DNA of 64,000 bases from the human T2T-CHM13v2.0 reference genome, Homo sapiens. The position numbers and the translations under genes are program-made. Below the pieces are notes generated by a model that was given only the letters and a program-made list of their open reading frames with translations, was not told the origin of the DNA and ran no database searches. Shown one piece after another: positions 41,013 to 55,509 of the stretch (position 1 is the stretch's first letter; each line of letters opens with the position of its first letter). Location: NCBI RefSeq assembly GCF_009914755.1, contig NC_060933.1; one strand, given 5' to 3'.

Positions 41013-43305
41013 TGGTATGGTTTGGCTGTGTCCCACCCAAATCTCATCTTGAATTCCCACATGTTATGGGAGGGACCCAGTGGGAGTTAACTGAATAATG
41101 GAGACAGGTCTTTCCTGTGTTGTTCTCATGATAGTGAATAAGTCTCATGAGATCTGATGGTATTATAAGAGGGAGTTTCCCTACACAAGCTCGTCTGTTT
41201 GCCTGCTGCCATCCTTGTAAGACATGACTTGCTCCTCCTTGCCTTTTGCAGTGATTGTGAGGTCTCCCCAGCCATGTGGAACTGTAAGTCCAATAAACCT
41301 CTTTCTTTTGTAAATTGACCAGTCTTGGGTATGTCTTCATCAGCAGTGTGAAAACAGACTAATACAGTAAATTGATACCAGTAGAGTGGGGTGCTACTGA
41401 AAAGAAACCCGAAAATATGGAAGCAACTTTGGAACTGGGTAACAGGCAGAGGTTGGAACAGTTTGGAGGACTCAGAAGAAGACAGGAAAATATGGGAACG
41501 TTTGGAACTCTCTAGAGACTTCTTTAACGGCTTTGACCAAAATGTTGATAATGATATGGACAATCCAGGCTGAGGTGGTCTCAGATGGAGATGAGGAACT
41601 TGTTGGGAACTGGAGCAAAAGTGACTCTTGTTATGTTTTAGCAAAGAGACTGGCAGTATTTTCGCCCCACCCTAGAGATTTCTGGAACTTTGAACTTGAG
41701 AGAAATGATTTAGGGTATCTGGCAGAAGAAACTTCCAAGCAGCAAAGCATTCAAGATGTGTCTTGGGTGTTGCTAAAGGCATTCTGTTTTAAAAGGGACA
41801 CAGAGCATAAAAGTTTGGAAAATTTGCAGCCTGACAATGTGATAGAAAAGAAAATCCCATTTTCTGAGGAGAAATTCAAGCCACCTGCAGAAATTTGCAT
41901 AAGTAATGAGGAGCCAAATGTAAGTCACCAAGACAACAGGGAAAATGTCTCCAGGGCATGTCAGAGACCTTTGTGGCAGCCCCTCCCATCACAGGCCTGG
42001 AGGTTTAAGAGGAAAAATTGTTTTGTGGGCTGTGCCCGGGGTTCCTCAGCTGTGTGCAGTCTAGGAACTTGGCGCCCTGTGTCCCAGCTGCTCCTGCCAT
42101 GACTAAAAGGGGCCAAAATACAGCTTGGGCTGTTGCTTCAGAGGGTGGAAGCCCCAAGCCTTGGAAGCTTTTATGTGGTGTCGAGCCTGCAGGTGCACAG
42201 AAGTCAAGAATTGAAGTTTGGGAACCTCCACCTAGATTTCAGAAGATGTATGGAAAGGCCTGGATGACCAAGCAAAAGTTTGCTGCTGGGGTGGGGCCCT
42301 CATGGAGAACCTCTGCTAGGGCAGTGTGGAAGGGAAATGTGGGGTCGGAGCCCCCATACAGAGTCGCTACCTGGGCACCGCCTTGTGGAGCTATGAGAAG
42401 AGGGCCACCATCCTTCAGACCCCAGAATGGTAGATCCACTGACAGCCTGCACCGTGTGCCTGGAAAAACCCCACTCAATGCCAGCCCATGAAGGCAGCTA
42501 GGAGGGGGGGTTATACCCTGCAAAGCCACAAGGGCAGAGCTGCCCAAACCATGGGAACCCATGTCTTGCATCAGCAAGACCTGGATGTGAGACATGGAGT
42601 CAAAGGAGATCACTCTGGAGCTTTAAGATTTGACTGCCCTGCTGGATTTCGGACTTGCCTGGGGCCTGTAGCCCCTTTGTTTTGGCCAATTTCTCCCATT
42701 TGGAATGACTGTATTTATCCAATGCCTGTACCCCCATTGTATCTAGGAAGTAACTAATTTGCTTTGGATTTTACAGGCTGATAGGCAGAAGGGACTTGCC
42801 TTGTCTCAGATGAGACTTTGGACTGTGGACTTGTGAGTTAATGCTGAAATGAGTTAAGACTTTAGGGAACTGTTGGGAAGGCATGATTGGTTTTGAAATG
42901 TGAGGACATGAGATTTGGGAGGGACCAGGACAGAATGATATGGTTTGGCTGTGTTCACACCCAAATCTCATCTTGAATTTCCACGTGTTGTGGGAGGGAC
43001 CTGGTGGGAAGTAATTGAATAATAGAGGCAGGTCTTTCCCATGCTGTTCTTGTGATAGTGAATAAGTCTCATGAGATCTGACAGTATTATAAGGAGTTTC
43101 CCTATACAAGCTTTTCTCTGCCTGCTGCCATCCACATAAGACATGACTTGCTCCTTCTTGCCTTCTGCCGTGATTGTGAGGCCTCCCCAGCCATGTGGAA
43201 CTGTGAATCCAGTAAACCTCTTTCTTTTGTAAATTGCCCTGTCTCGGGTATTTATGCTTTATCAGCATAAATGCTTTATCAGCAGCATGAAAACAGACTA
43301 ATACA
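41013..43305 (+). mobile_element. Full-length THE1B element (LTR 41013-41366, internal, LTR 42936-43305)
   Basis: Paired LTRs tg(g/a)tatggtttggctgtg...cagactaataca; MaLR internal ORF fragments; 5-bp TSD ttgtg/ctgtg. Confidence 0.93.
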
Positions 43306-43729
43306 CTGTGCAAGTCCAACACCCTACCAAAAGGCATATCATAAAACGGGTTTAGTCTAGCCAAGATGTCTCTCTTTGATCTTTCCGCTTTCCTAAGTTT
43401 AAAGAGTTTTACTGCCCTGTAATAGTGACGACTAGTAAATGGCATCCACCGTTTCTCTCATCTGATCACTATTGTGGTGCTCTGTGAGTGAGCATGGAGT
43501 CTGAGTTGTGCAGCTGCACTAAGGGAACTCTGAAGAATGAGCCCTATATCATCAGCATGGGTGCATTAGAGGCTGTCACCTTTCTGCTTGTCCCAAACTT
43601 GGGGTGCTGGATGCAGAATGGACTGCAAGCAGCTGTGTCCTGTTTGGACATTAGTGTAGGAATCCAACTGCATAGCCTTCATTTGTTTCAAAGCAGAATT
43701 TAGAGCCATTCTAGTAGCTCACTGTGATA

Positions 43730-44603
43730 TTTTTAAATAAATGGAGAAAAATTTTATTAACTGACTTAACAAAAAAACACTGCCTATTAAACTCATATAG
43801 TATTGTTTAGAGAGTATCTACAAAATTCTAACCTCGATGTTTTCTTGCAAAAGAAGTGGAAATAAGTAGAGAGACTCTCTCAAAGAATCGCTGAGAAACA
43901 CAAAATATTCATAAGTAGTATAAGATTTACTTATGTGCATTTTTGAAGATTATACAATAATCAATTTGCATCAGGCTTTCCAATTTAGGAATACTGATAG
44001 GATTTCCCTGTAGGGGGAGTTTTCACATAAATTTTGAAGAAATCATTAAAACTGAAAACTTTCCTGTATTTTGTAGTCTACTGGAGTTCCAATCCAGTGT
44101 GCTTTCTTATATTTATAAGGCCAGTCTACAATGTGTGTTATCATAGGTCTTGGAGCAAATATCACGTAAATGAAGGCATTTCTGCATTCTATACATTCAT
44201 AGGTTTTATTTCAGAAACGAGTTCTTGTCTTCATGTGGAACTGGAACAACTGACGACCCTACCACATGTTTGTATTTATAAGGGTTTTCTCCCTTGAATC
44301 CTTTCATGTTTTCAAAGAAATGAAAAAGCTGAAGGCTTGACTATGTTTCTTAAGATTATGTAGTTTTTCTACGTATTAAAATTCAACTATGCCTTTGAAA
44401 AGATGTGGGAAAATCAAGTTCATTAACACGTTTTTTACATTCATTATTTTTTCCAATACAAGTTTTTCTAAGTTTTCAAAGAGAACTGGGAAAGTTGAAT
44501 GCTTTCTTGTGTTTCTTTCATCGATAGGGTTCTGTACAGTGTGAGTTCTTTTATGTGTTCTAATAAACTAGAGCATATGACGGCTTTACCACATTTCTTA
44601 CAT
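43730..44603 (-). pseudogene. Highly decayed C2H2 zinc-finger array with 3'UTR-like degenerate fingers
   Basis: Minus-strand peptides CKKCGKAV..., IRTHKRTHTVQNP, KAFNFPSSL*, GENPYKYK, KTYECIECRNAF; many frameshifts. Confidence 0.7.
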
Positions 44604-44680
44604 GAGAATAATGTTTTTGAAGATAGCCCAGTTGACTAACATTGTCCTGTGTTGGTTTTGTTGTGTTTCTCCTTCCCCAG

Positions 44681-44843
44681 GCTTGAGTTGGGAAACCAGT
44701 TCTCCCACTTCATTAATAATGATGTCGATGTTCCTGGCAGTGTTTATACCAAATGCTACTTTGACCTTTGCGCCTTGGCACACGACAGTAGCCTATATTT
44801 GCCATTTTGTCTTCTTGACATAGAAAGAGCATGGGAACTGAAG
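44681..44843 (+). pseudogene. Cyclin Y-like penultimate exon (163 nt, open frame)
   Basis: ccttccccag|G LELGNQFSHFINNDVDVPGSVYTKCYFDLCALAHDSSLYLPFCLLDIERAWELK|gtaagg versus CCNYL1 [38 protein letters not shown]...KERAQNLE. Confidence 0.92.
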
Positions 44844-46034
44844 GTAAGGCTATGAAGGTACTAAGTGGGCTTTCAGTCAAACACCAATGCCAACATCTGC
44901 AACTAGATCATATTAAGAAGTGATTAGAAAAATGAAAAGCTTCAAAATTAACATACTGAAGAGCTTATTAACCTTTTTGGCATGTAGTTTATGGTTTATA
45001 CAAAGATTCACATTATTTAAAAGTTATAGATATCATCTCTTCTGTAACCATAATTCAGAATATTTTAATCAAGTTTAATTCATCCTTAATGGTTTTCCTT
45101 TTGAACTGCTACCCTTTCAAATAATCATACATAAGTGATTTCTTGCAGTTGTATTCCTAATATCTACATATATAATGCACTTAACATTCTTTACTATTTG
45201 TTATCATTTAGTTTGCAAATTTATATCATTTTCTACTGTAATATACCACAGTGCAGTGAGTCCCATGAGTTTGTTAGACAAAGCATTAGTGCCTAAGCCA
45301 AGAGACCTGCACTTAGACTGTATAAGGTATGTGTGTCTCAAGTACTGGATGCAGGAAGTACATGGGATTCTACCGGAAATGATAACTTTTATGGGGCAAA
45401 GTAATATTTATGGTTTGTGACTTTCGGTGAGTACACAGCAAAATTACTCACAACTGACATGGATGAACATTTAAAATAGGCATTTTCGGTAGTAGCTGGG
45501 AAGTATTTTGAAATAATACATTTTCTACCATAATTAATGTCCAAGTGAAGTAACACCTTTTGATGCTTTAGTCATTAGACTTATTTGACATTCCAATGCA
45601 GTCCAGCACATACCTGCTTCATTAAAATTTGCTTTGAGTATATAATAACTACTACAGATTGGGTAGAATTTGAATACATTCATAAACTAACTTTTGCAAA
45701 AGTGTGCATTCATTATGTTTAAGGAACAAGTGCACAGGTAACAGATGATACTGCTGTTAGAAGACTGTCACAATACTGTGACATCTTTAGGAGCCCAATT
45801 TTTAAATAACTTAATAAAACAAGTTCCCCCTTTGCTCCAGCAATCTAATTATAGCCCTTAAAGGAGACTACCTTAGAGAGTTGACAGAACTTGGCATTGT
45901 AAACCTCAGCCAAAATAGCTGTTACTGAACTATCTAAGGGAGTCTGCATGTGTGGCTTATCATCAATGGTGATTGTTACAGGTTGGAATCCTTTTTGAAA
46001 TTGTACCTCTTTTCTATTTGATTGTCTTTCTTAG

Positions 46035-46148
46035 GTTGTTTCAAGGTTGGAAGACAAAGACTTCTATGGTACTGCCAACAAAAGGAAAAGGTCTTTGAGT
46101 TCTGATGATTTAATTGATCTTCAGTGCCTTAAGGCCATCCTCTCCTGA
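46035..46148 (+). pseudogene. Cyclin Y-like last coding exon (open, native stop); 3'UTR-like sequence with AATAAA at ~46858 and ~46914
   Basis: ctttcttag|VVSRLEDKDFYGTANKRKRSLSSDDLIDLQCLKAILS* versus CCNYL1 AISRLCEDKDL...RRSFSADNFIGIQRSKAILS*. Confidence 0.92.
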
Positions 46149-47061
46149 AGGAAGAAGTGAGGGGTTATATAACATCTGAACCCCTCATCAAAAAAGACAG
46201 GAAAATATCACCTTTCCTGCTGAAGAACTAGAAAAGTACTTTCAAAAGAAGAAACACCTACAATTCAAGTTAACTCAAGGACAACTAGGATTGCACTTCA
46301 TAGAAAAGAATGGGACCTTGTCAATGCAACAACACACTCTTACACTCTTCTGTCCCTTTTAATGTAAAGAGAGTTATAAAAACCACTCCAAAGTGAAGGC
46401 TCCTATGTGAGCTGATAGCAGTGAACTATGTAAGGGTTTAAAACAATGGTTTAAATTTTTAGATTTTAAAGATAACTTTTCTGTTTCTTTTATATTTTTC
46501 TTTCCCCCAATATTGCTGCATATGCATTTAGCATCATATTACCATTAAAACATAGGACTCTTAACAACTCATAAAGCCACTAGGAGCAGATGCAGCATTG
46601 TCAGGTACTGAAGGGGCTCTTCCTTCCTACTCTTAGAATCGAAGCTACTAGTTACTGGCAATCATTTTAAGCAAAAGCTTCTGGATAACATTTGCCATTC
46701 ATATCCTCTGTAAGCACTTCTTATTAGCAGTTAGCATGTTTGGGGTCATAAAAAGAGAAAATATTGGTTATTGATTATCTACTTTTATTAGGGTCTGTGG
46801 TGTATTTCTTGTGAACTATAATGGTTCTCATTTGCTGATAAATTTTCTTATTTTTTAAATAAAGGTATTAAAAGATGTTTTCATAGTGCCAAGCAACATG
46901 GTGATCCAGTGGTAATAAAAAATGATAAAACATGAGGTGTCCTGAAAGTTTCAGGACAGTTTTTAGCTTTAACATAGTATGCTTGTGCCCTCCAGAGCAC
47001 TGAAGCATACATATGCAGGCTATAAACCTTTACAAAATATAATTTGAAATTTTAATTGTAT

Positions 47062-47500
47062 TTCTTCTTTTTTTTTTTAAATAGATGTTGTCTCAGTATG
47101 TTACCCAATGTACAGTGCAATGATTATTCAGAGGCACAGTCATAGCATACCACAGCCTGGAAATCCTGGCCTCAAGCAATCCTCCCATGTCAGCCTACCA
47201 AGCAGCTGGGACTATAGGTGTGTACCACCACCTCTGGCTTCATTTTGCAGAATTTGAATATTAAGCATTTAACTTTTTGTCTCATCAATATCTGCTATCG
47301 TCAAGAAGGACTGAAACAAAAAATTAAAGGTTAATATTCAGGAGCTAGGCATGCCTGTAGTCCCAGCTACTCATAAGGCTTAAATGGCAGGATCACTTGA
47401 GGCCTAGCATTGGAGGCTGCAGTGCGCTGTGATTGTGCCTGGAAATAGCCATTGCACTCCAGCCTTGGCAACATACTGAGACCCTGTCACTCTAAAAAAT
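47062..47500. mobile_element. Two FAM-type Alu monomers in inverted orientation (minus ~47062-47238, plus ~47342-47500)
   Basis: Both carry the FAM/7SL-like extra segment (ctggaaatagccattgcac, or its degenerate complement). Confidence 0.7.
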
Positions 47501-48030
47501 GGCAAAACTAAATAAAGGTAAAAGAAATATAACAAACCTTTCAGTGATGCTTTGTAAATATTTGTAGCATTGATACTTCTACAAGTATCAAAGCTTAAAA
47601 TTACACTAAGCCTTTTGGAATTGTTGTATTTTTATAAAGTGCCCTTTTCTCTTTTGAAGTAGTTCTTTGCAGGGCTTTCATCTGCATTGATCACCCAAAA
47701 TTATTTTCTCTAGATGTGATACAGAATAGGATCAGTTTTAATGCACATGTAACAAATTTGAAGGAACTGGACCTTAATAGTAGTAGATGATCTAATACAT
47801 TTTATTATCCCGCATGTTAACCTGGAGGCAGGTATCATATTTTATGTCCATAAACCTTAGGAACCTTACCTCCTAAAAAAATTATCATTTATGGAGTGCA
47901 GAGCTTAGAGATTGAAGTATTGACTGCAGTTTTATTTTCAAAAGGTAAATGCTACAATTTATGTGGTTTTTATTTCTCATGTTTACATTAAAAGAAAACC
48001 TAATAAACTTTTAATTAAAATGTGACTAGT

Positions 48031-48365
<335 letters not shown>

Positions 48366-49197
48366 TTACATCTCTGCGTAACTTAAATGATTCAAGTCAG
48401 TCTTGATATGTCTTAAAGCATTTTTATAAGTTGCCTGGACTATTCACAAATTGGTTTAATCCATGCCTCTATGTAAGACATAATATTTGTTTTTTCTGGC
48501 TTAAGCTCTTTTCAATTTTAAGATAATTTATTACACTTAAAATCACTCTCTGGCCACAATACTTAGTGGCATAGCGTATTAGATGGCATCTTTGAATAGT
48601 TGGTTATTGTGTCTGAGAGGAAAAAGCATGTTAGAATATAAAATTAGGTCAATACACCAAAGAGAAAGGATTCCCAGGAATAGTGTAGAATTAGAACAAG
48701 GGTGTTTGAGGTTTTCAAACAGTTACACAGAAAAAAAGTGGAAGTACAGAAAGTAGAATTAAAGTTGTTGTACAGAGGGTGGCTCAGACCACATAATTTG
48801 ACTTTAGCACACTGCTTTCAAGCTTACCTTTTAGTTAAAAATATATCAAATCACTGTTAGTTTTTTTTTTTTAGAACTAAGAGTCTAGCCACTTAGCTTC
48901 AGTGATTCTCACTAAATCCTAATAATATTGGTATATTTTCATCTACTTTAATTCTTTAGTACCTAAGGTAAAATCTTTAAATAACTCATCACCTCATCTT
49001 GATAAACTGCAGACTAGAATCAGTGATCTGATTTAGAAGAAAAAGTCTATCATGAATCCCTGTTTATAAGATGCTTTGCACCATGTAATATGCAATAACT
49101 AAGTAGAGATCCTGACATACATGAGTGGTCAAAGGTTTAAAAAACTAGTTTGGGAGAGGGGCACTGGACATAAATCCATGACTTCAAGAGTAAGTCA

Positions 49198-49493
49198 GGG
49201 CCAGGTGTGGTGGCTCATGCCTGTAATGCCAGCACTTTGGGAGGGTGAGGTGGGCAGATTACTTGAGTCCAGCAGTTCAACACCAGCCTGGCCAAGGTAG
49301 CAAAACCCCATCTCTACTAAAAATACAAAAATTAGCCAAGCTTGGTGGCATCTGCCGATGTTCCTAGCTCCTTGGGAGGCTGATTCATGAAAGTCGCTTG
49401 AGCCTGGGAGGCAGACGTTGCAGTGAGCAGTGAGCATGCCTGCGCTCCACCCTGGGTGACAGAGCGAGACCTTGTCTCACACACACACACAAA
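49198..49493 (+). mobile_element. Alu with (CA)n-converted tail
   Basis: TSD aagagtaagtcag. Confidence 0.85.
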
Positions 49494-49939
49494 AGAGTAA
49501 GTCAGTAGAATAAGGACCACTAACATTGCTCTCCCCTTTGGCTTGAATTCTAGAAGGCAATACAGTCATTTTGATACATGGAAAATTGGGTCAATTTAGA
49601 ATAAGAATATAAACGTGACTGAAAGTGGGCAGGTTCTCTGACAAATGTTTGGGGTATGGAAACTAAGTTTCTAGTAGGGTGGTAACTATGGCAGTTTTCT
49701 TAGAGTTTGATATCTGGGAAAGATTTGTTGTCTAACACAAGACTATGAAAAAGATTATCTGACTACCAAAGCTCAAATTTACTTTCATTTTTAGGGTTAT
49801 TTCCACTTTTGTAATACAGACACCAGTGAAATTTTTAACTCTGGTATTGTGTGAACTAAAACTTTTACCTCTTCATTACAAGGAAAAGACAATAGATCAC
49901 TACCCATCAATACAAAAGAACAAGCTACTAAAACATGGA

Positions 49940-52115
49940 TGACCTGGACCTGTGACGGACTAAATGGCACTGTGTTTGACTCGTGGATCTGACACAAACT
50001 AAGTGGGTCTGGATAATTCATGGACACTCTGAGGTCCAATCTCTTAATGGTTTCAAATGAGTCACAAGTAGATGACCATAAACACCTTTCGTGAACCATC
50101 ACGGTGGAATTCTGTGAGGTTAAGATATCAAGACTAGCGTGACTAGTGTCACGTGGTTATGGACAGGTGTGAGAGCAGTGCAGTGTCTTTCAAGAGTGGG
50201 AGTTGTTTAGAGATGGAGGAAACAGGATTTCCACCCTCTGCCTGCTTACCTCTTACCCCTAGACCTCCCCACAAGCTCTCCTTTGAAGTGGCCTCCTGTC
50301 TCCCCTTGGTCTTCTCAAAGCTGGTCCAGGCATTCCACTGTCACAGACTCTAGTGGTTTCTGGAGATAATGACATCACCAGATCCAGCTCATTCTGGCGG
50401 GTGGATCAAGCACTGTTTCTGGCTATGCTCCGTCCTGTCTGGGCTTTTCTGCCTCTGCTGGGAAGCTCTGGAGAGTGGTAAGGTCAGAGGGGTGTTCTCT
50501 TTCTAGGAAAGATTCCTGTTCCCAGTGGCCCCCTGCTTCCTAATTCACAAGAGCTGCTTTGCTCTACAGTGAAATTATTTCTTGGGAGCTGGGACCAGGG
50601 CCTGGGAAACAAATTTTAGGGACACAAACCTGGCCCTCTGGAATTCAATACATTGGACTGAAAACATAGACAGCTTGGTAGTGCCAGAGTGGCTAGGCGC
50701 CTTCGTGTGACCCAACGGATCTGACCAGACACTACCAGAAAGCCTAAAATATATCTGACACAAGGTAAGGTTCTACCCACATTCACTTCCCATTATTTCC
50801 CTGTGTATTTTGGGTCATGTCACTTTGCTCAGTGCTGTAAAGACCGCAGGGCTGGTTTTAGGCAGGTGTGATATTCGACAGCACCTGAGACCGGAAATAA
50901 ATCACACCTGCCCTTGAACCTAAATTTCCTCACTGCTAGCTTGTGACGTGGGCGCACTGTTCCTCCAACCTGAACCTCGGTTGTTATTTTTAATGCAGAC
51001 GGTTATGCCGGCCTCATAGAGTACTTGTGAGGTTTAGGTGAGTCATCCAATGAAAAGAACAAAGTGTCTTCTAAATACAATAGCAGCTGTCACTTACTCA
51101 GGGTTTAGTAACTGCACTTGGCTGTTTGCTTTACAGCCAAGTGTATGATTTACCTAAGTTTCAAAACAACGCCATGAAGCAGGCATTAACACCCTCATTT
51201 TCAGGCGAGAAACCTCTTACCCGGTTCCCGCCCTCGCCCCCCGCTTACAGGTAATAAAGCTGGAATTTATGCAGCTCTTTCGGTCTCCACAGCTCGGGGT
51301 CTTGCCACAGACACAGCGCCCACGAGTTCTGGCACTTTGGTCAACGTTTATAAACGGGCTCTCCTCTGCCGCCGCGGGCATGCGCTTTCCCCAAGGTTCG
51401 CACTGAACACCTGTTCCTAAAGGGGGCGCAGCTCCACCTGCGTCCCCGGGACCTCTAGCGTGAGGGGGTCGATCCTGGGGTCCCCCCGGGCTTCCCGTTC
51501 TCACCCTCTGAATCACAAGCCCCATTCTCACTAGAAGTTGACAGGCTGTGGGGAGACCTGGTTTCCCCGCGTCCCACTTCAGGTGAGCACCTTCCCCGCC
51601 CGCGACACCCAAGGGCCCCGGGACCACCTCTCAGCCTTAGCTAGGCGTGAAGCAGCGAGCTAAGCTTGCACATGCGCAGACGTCATCCAGAAGACCCTTT
51701 CCTAGAGTGTGGCGCGCGAGCCATTCGGATTTAAGACTACGTTTCCCAGAAACCTCCACGCCACGACTTACTTCGCAGCGTTTTCTCTATTGGATGATTG
51801 GAAGATGTTCCTGACTGCCTCGCCTGGCCAGGTTCTGCCAGAGCCCCTAGAGGTTATGGGTTAAATTTGAACTTTGCTGCCGAATACGGTGCGTGGTCCT
51901 CCATCAAATCCCGATTGGAAAAAACAGCTGCCAAACACGTTGGAAACAATTTGGGAAATGTGAATGTGTACTGGCAATTATAAATATTAAAGAACATTGC
52001 CGTTATTCTTAACTGTTAAGTGGAGTTATATTGGAAAATACTAGTTTTTATAAAGACATGCACAGGGAAGCATTTAACATTGAAAGGATAGTTAATTCAC
52101 TTTACAATTTTTCAG
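49940..52115 (-). promoter_or_regulatory. Paralogous copy of the ZNF promoter/first-intron module, with CpG island ~51200-51900
   Basis: Colinear similarity to ~28620-30775; ACTACGTTTCCCA at 51736-51748; TGCACATGCGCA at 51667-51678; minus-strand donor CGG|GTAAGA after 51221. Confidence 0.8.
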
Positions 52116-52422
52116 CAAAAACTAACAAAGCGAATATGGCAAAAGGTTAACTTTTCTTAAATCAAGGACATGCATGGCTATAGATAGATGCTCATTTTAC
52201 CGTTTCCTACGTTTCTGTGTGCTTAAACATTTTTCAATACAAAGGAAGAAAGAAAGAAAAACAAGGATCCTCCCTCCATCAGTTTGCCTTTTCAACTCAA
52301 AGCAGCCCCTAGACGTTAAGGTACATACAAATATGTCTTGGGAATAAGGCTGTGAAATGTGAATGAAATACTTGCACACGGAGCACAGCATTACTATAAA
52401 AGAATAGTACCTGTGACCCTGA

Positions 52423-52782
<360 letters not shown>

Positions 52783-53029
52783 AATGGCTATCAGGCAAAT
52801 CATGGATCTCCCAGAGATGTCCCTACTTAAACTTTACATGAGCACCTGTTGATTTTTTTAACCAAACCAGGGAAATACGGTCATAATATCATAGGAACAT
52901 CTTTTTACTAAATTATACATATTGAGCATGTATCTGCTCAATATTATTCCGTAACATCAATAATTTCTTCCGTGAGATGATAAATTTAAATAGTGGCACC
53001 TATTCACCCAAGGGTTGGTCACAAAGTCA

Positions 53030-53555
53030 GTGCGATCCCCGTGAACACACCCGTGAAGCTTTGCTTCCCAGCAACTTTCCTGGGGGCCGCGGGCGAAGGA
53101 ACACCCCCAGATGCCGCTGCGCAGGGACAGGGGACGCGCCCAGACGTAGAGGCCCTGACCTCTGAATCTTGGCGGGGCACCCAGGAGCCCGGCTTCGGGG
53201 TGCTTAGCGGGGCGAAGCCGCCCCCGGACCCGCGTGGCTCCAGCCTCCTGGGGGTACCTGGCAGAGGGGGCTGCAGCGAGCGCCCTGCCGCGCCGCTTCC
53301 TCCGCGCGTCTCCCGCCTGGCTCCGCCAAGACTGGGGGCTTCCCCATAGGCCCGCGTCCGAGCGCGTCCTCAGGCTTCGCTCCGCGAGATCTGGGGGCCC
53401 CGTGGGCTGGGGTTCGGGCGGGGTCCGTTCCTTGCGGTCCGCGGTCTTGAAGCAATTTCCCGGCAAAGTCCCGGGACAGCGGGAAAGAAACTGGTCTCCC
53501 TGCCTGGGGTCGTTCCCGGTGGATGTGCCTCTTCATCAGACGGAATTTTCCGTCT
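53030..53555. promoter_or_regulatory. CpG island with no assignable gene
   Basis: Dense CpG, GC-rich, non-repeat sequence. Confidence 0.7.
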
Positions 53556-53835
53556 GTGCAAAAATGAAGCTTACTCGGTATCATGTGTGCTTTTTGGGGG
53601 GAAGGACAAAAAAATATATTTTCTATAAACAACTTAATTGGCTTATTAATACTCAAATACCCTGCTTCTGTTTTATTAAATACAGTCTTCCATATAAAAA
53701 TCCTTGAACTCGTAAAGACTAAAGGTAACAGTATAATAAACAGTCAACCCAACCATATTTGTTCGCTTTGTAGTAAGCTTGGCAACTTGGCAACTTGTTA
53801 ACTTGTTATTTTATTCTCCTTAAGTTCTGTACTGA

Positions 53836-54128
<293 letters not shown>

Positions 54129-54986
54129 CTCCCTTGCTTATTATTTAAAGTAAATACATTTAAACGTTTCTTTAAAAAATTTAGACACTGCAAATTTGAT
54201 TATAGCAGTGCATAAAGCTATAATGTAGCTCCCCCTCCTAATATCCAGCCCACCTCCCAAGTACGACCAATTGTCCACTGATGCCTAACTCTGCACTTTA
54301 GGCTACAGCAAACAATGCATTTTTAAAAACATGGTTACAACTTCTTTACAATTTTCTTTTAACATGTAAAATTGTCTCCTAATCGAGTTATCTGATCAGG
54401 CTATAGAGAAGGAAATCTTTCTGTTCCTTAACTACATTGTAGGGAATATCATGTTTATTTAATCAATTCTTTGTGATGGATGTTTGTTTCCAGTTTTCAC
54501 TATTATAAATAATATGTGGCAAATAGCATTGTTCATGCATCTTTTGATATTTGTGAGATTATTTCTTTGCACAAGAGCCAAAATGATAGAATTGTGCAGT
54601 TAAAATGTGTACAAATGAACATGTAACAGATGCTAACAGGGAGTCCTCAAAGAGGCTTGTATCAGTTTATGCTGTTTCCTCACATCCACTCCAACACCAG
54701 ATAGCAAGCATTTTTGGTAACCGATTTATAGAAATGCTTAAGGTTAAACATCAAATGGTGCACCATAAATTTCTTTTAAAAAAAGAAAAACACAATGCTT
54801 AAAGAATTACTATTCATGTTTTAATGGAAAGAAAGTGGTCCAAACATATATTCATTCAACAGACACTTATTGAAAACCTGCTGTGTGACAGGCATCATTG
54901 TAGATGCTGGCATAATAACAAGGAATAAAAGAGATAAAAATCCTCACTTTGGCATAGTCAATTGTTAAGAAACAATGGGATACTTA

Positions 54987-55324
<338 letters not shown>

Positions 55325-55509
55325 CTAATAAAAGGGACTTTTACAAAGCCTGGGCAGAGTTGGTGAGGCGCCCTGTGACTAGTGACAGTGAAGTCATTAT
55401 CACCGCCAGGGTTGATGTGAGGGGAAGGAAATGTTACCAGAGCCTGGCAAAAAAGACCATCCCAACAAGAGCTATGGCCTTAAAAAGAGGAACATTGTTA
55501 GATTTGTTT

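Noticed and set aside
41391-43445. ORFs of 124-224 aa
   Set aside because: Fragments of the THE1 internal ORF, or antisense LTR translations.
52957-53707. Several 118-169-aa ORFs on the third CpG island
   Set aside because: Same GC artefact; open in many frames on both strands with no homology.
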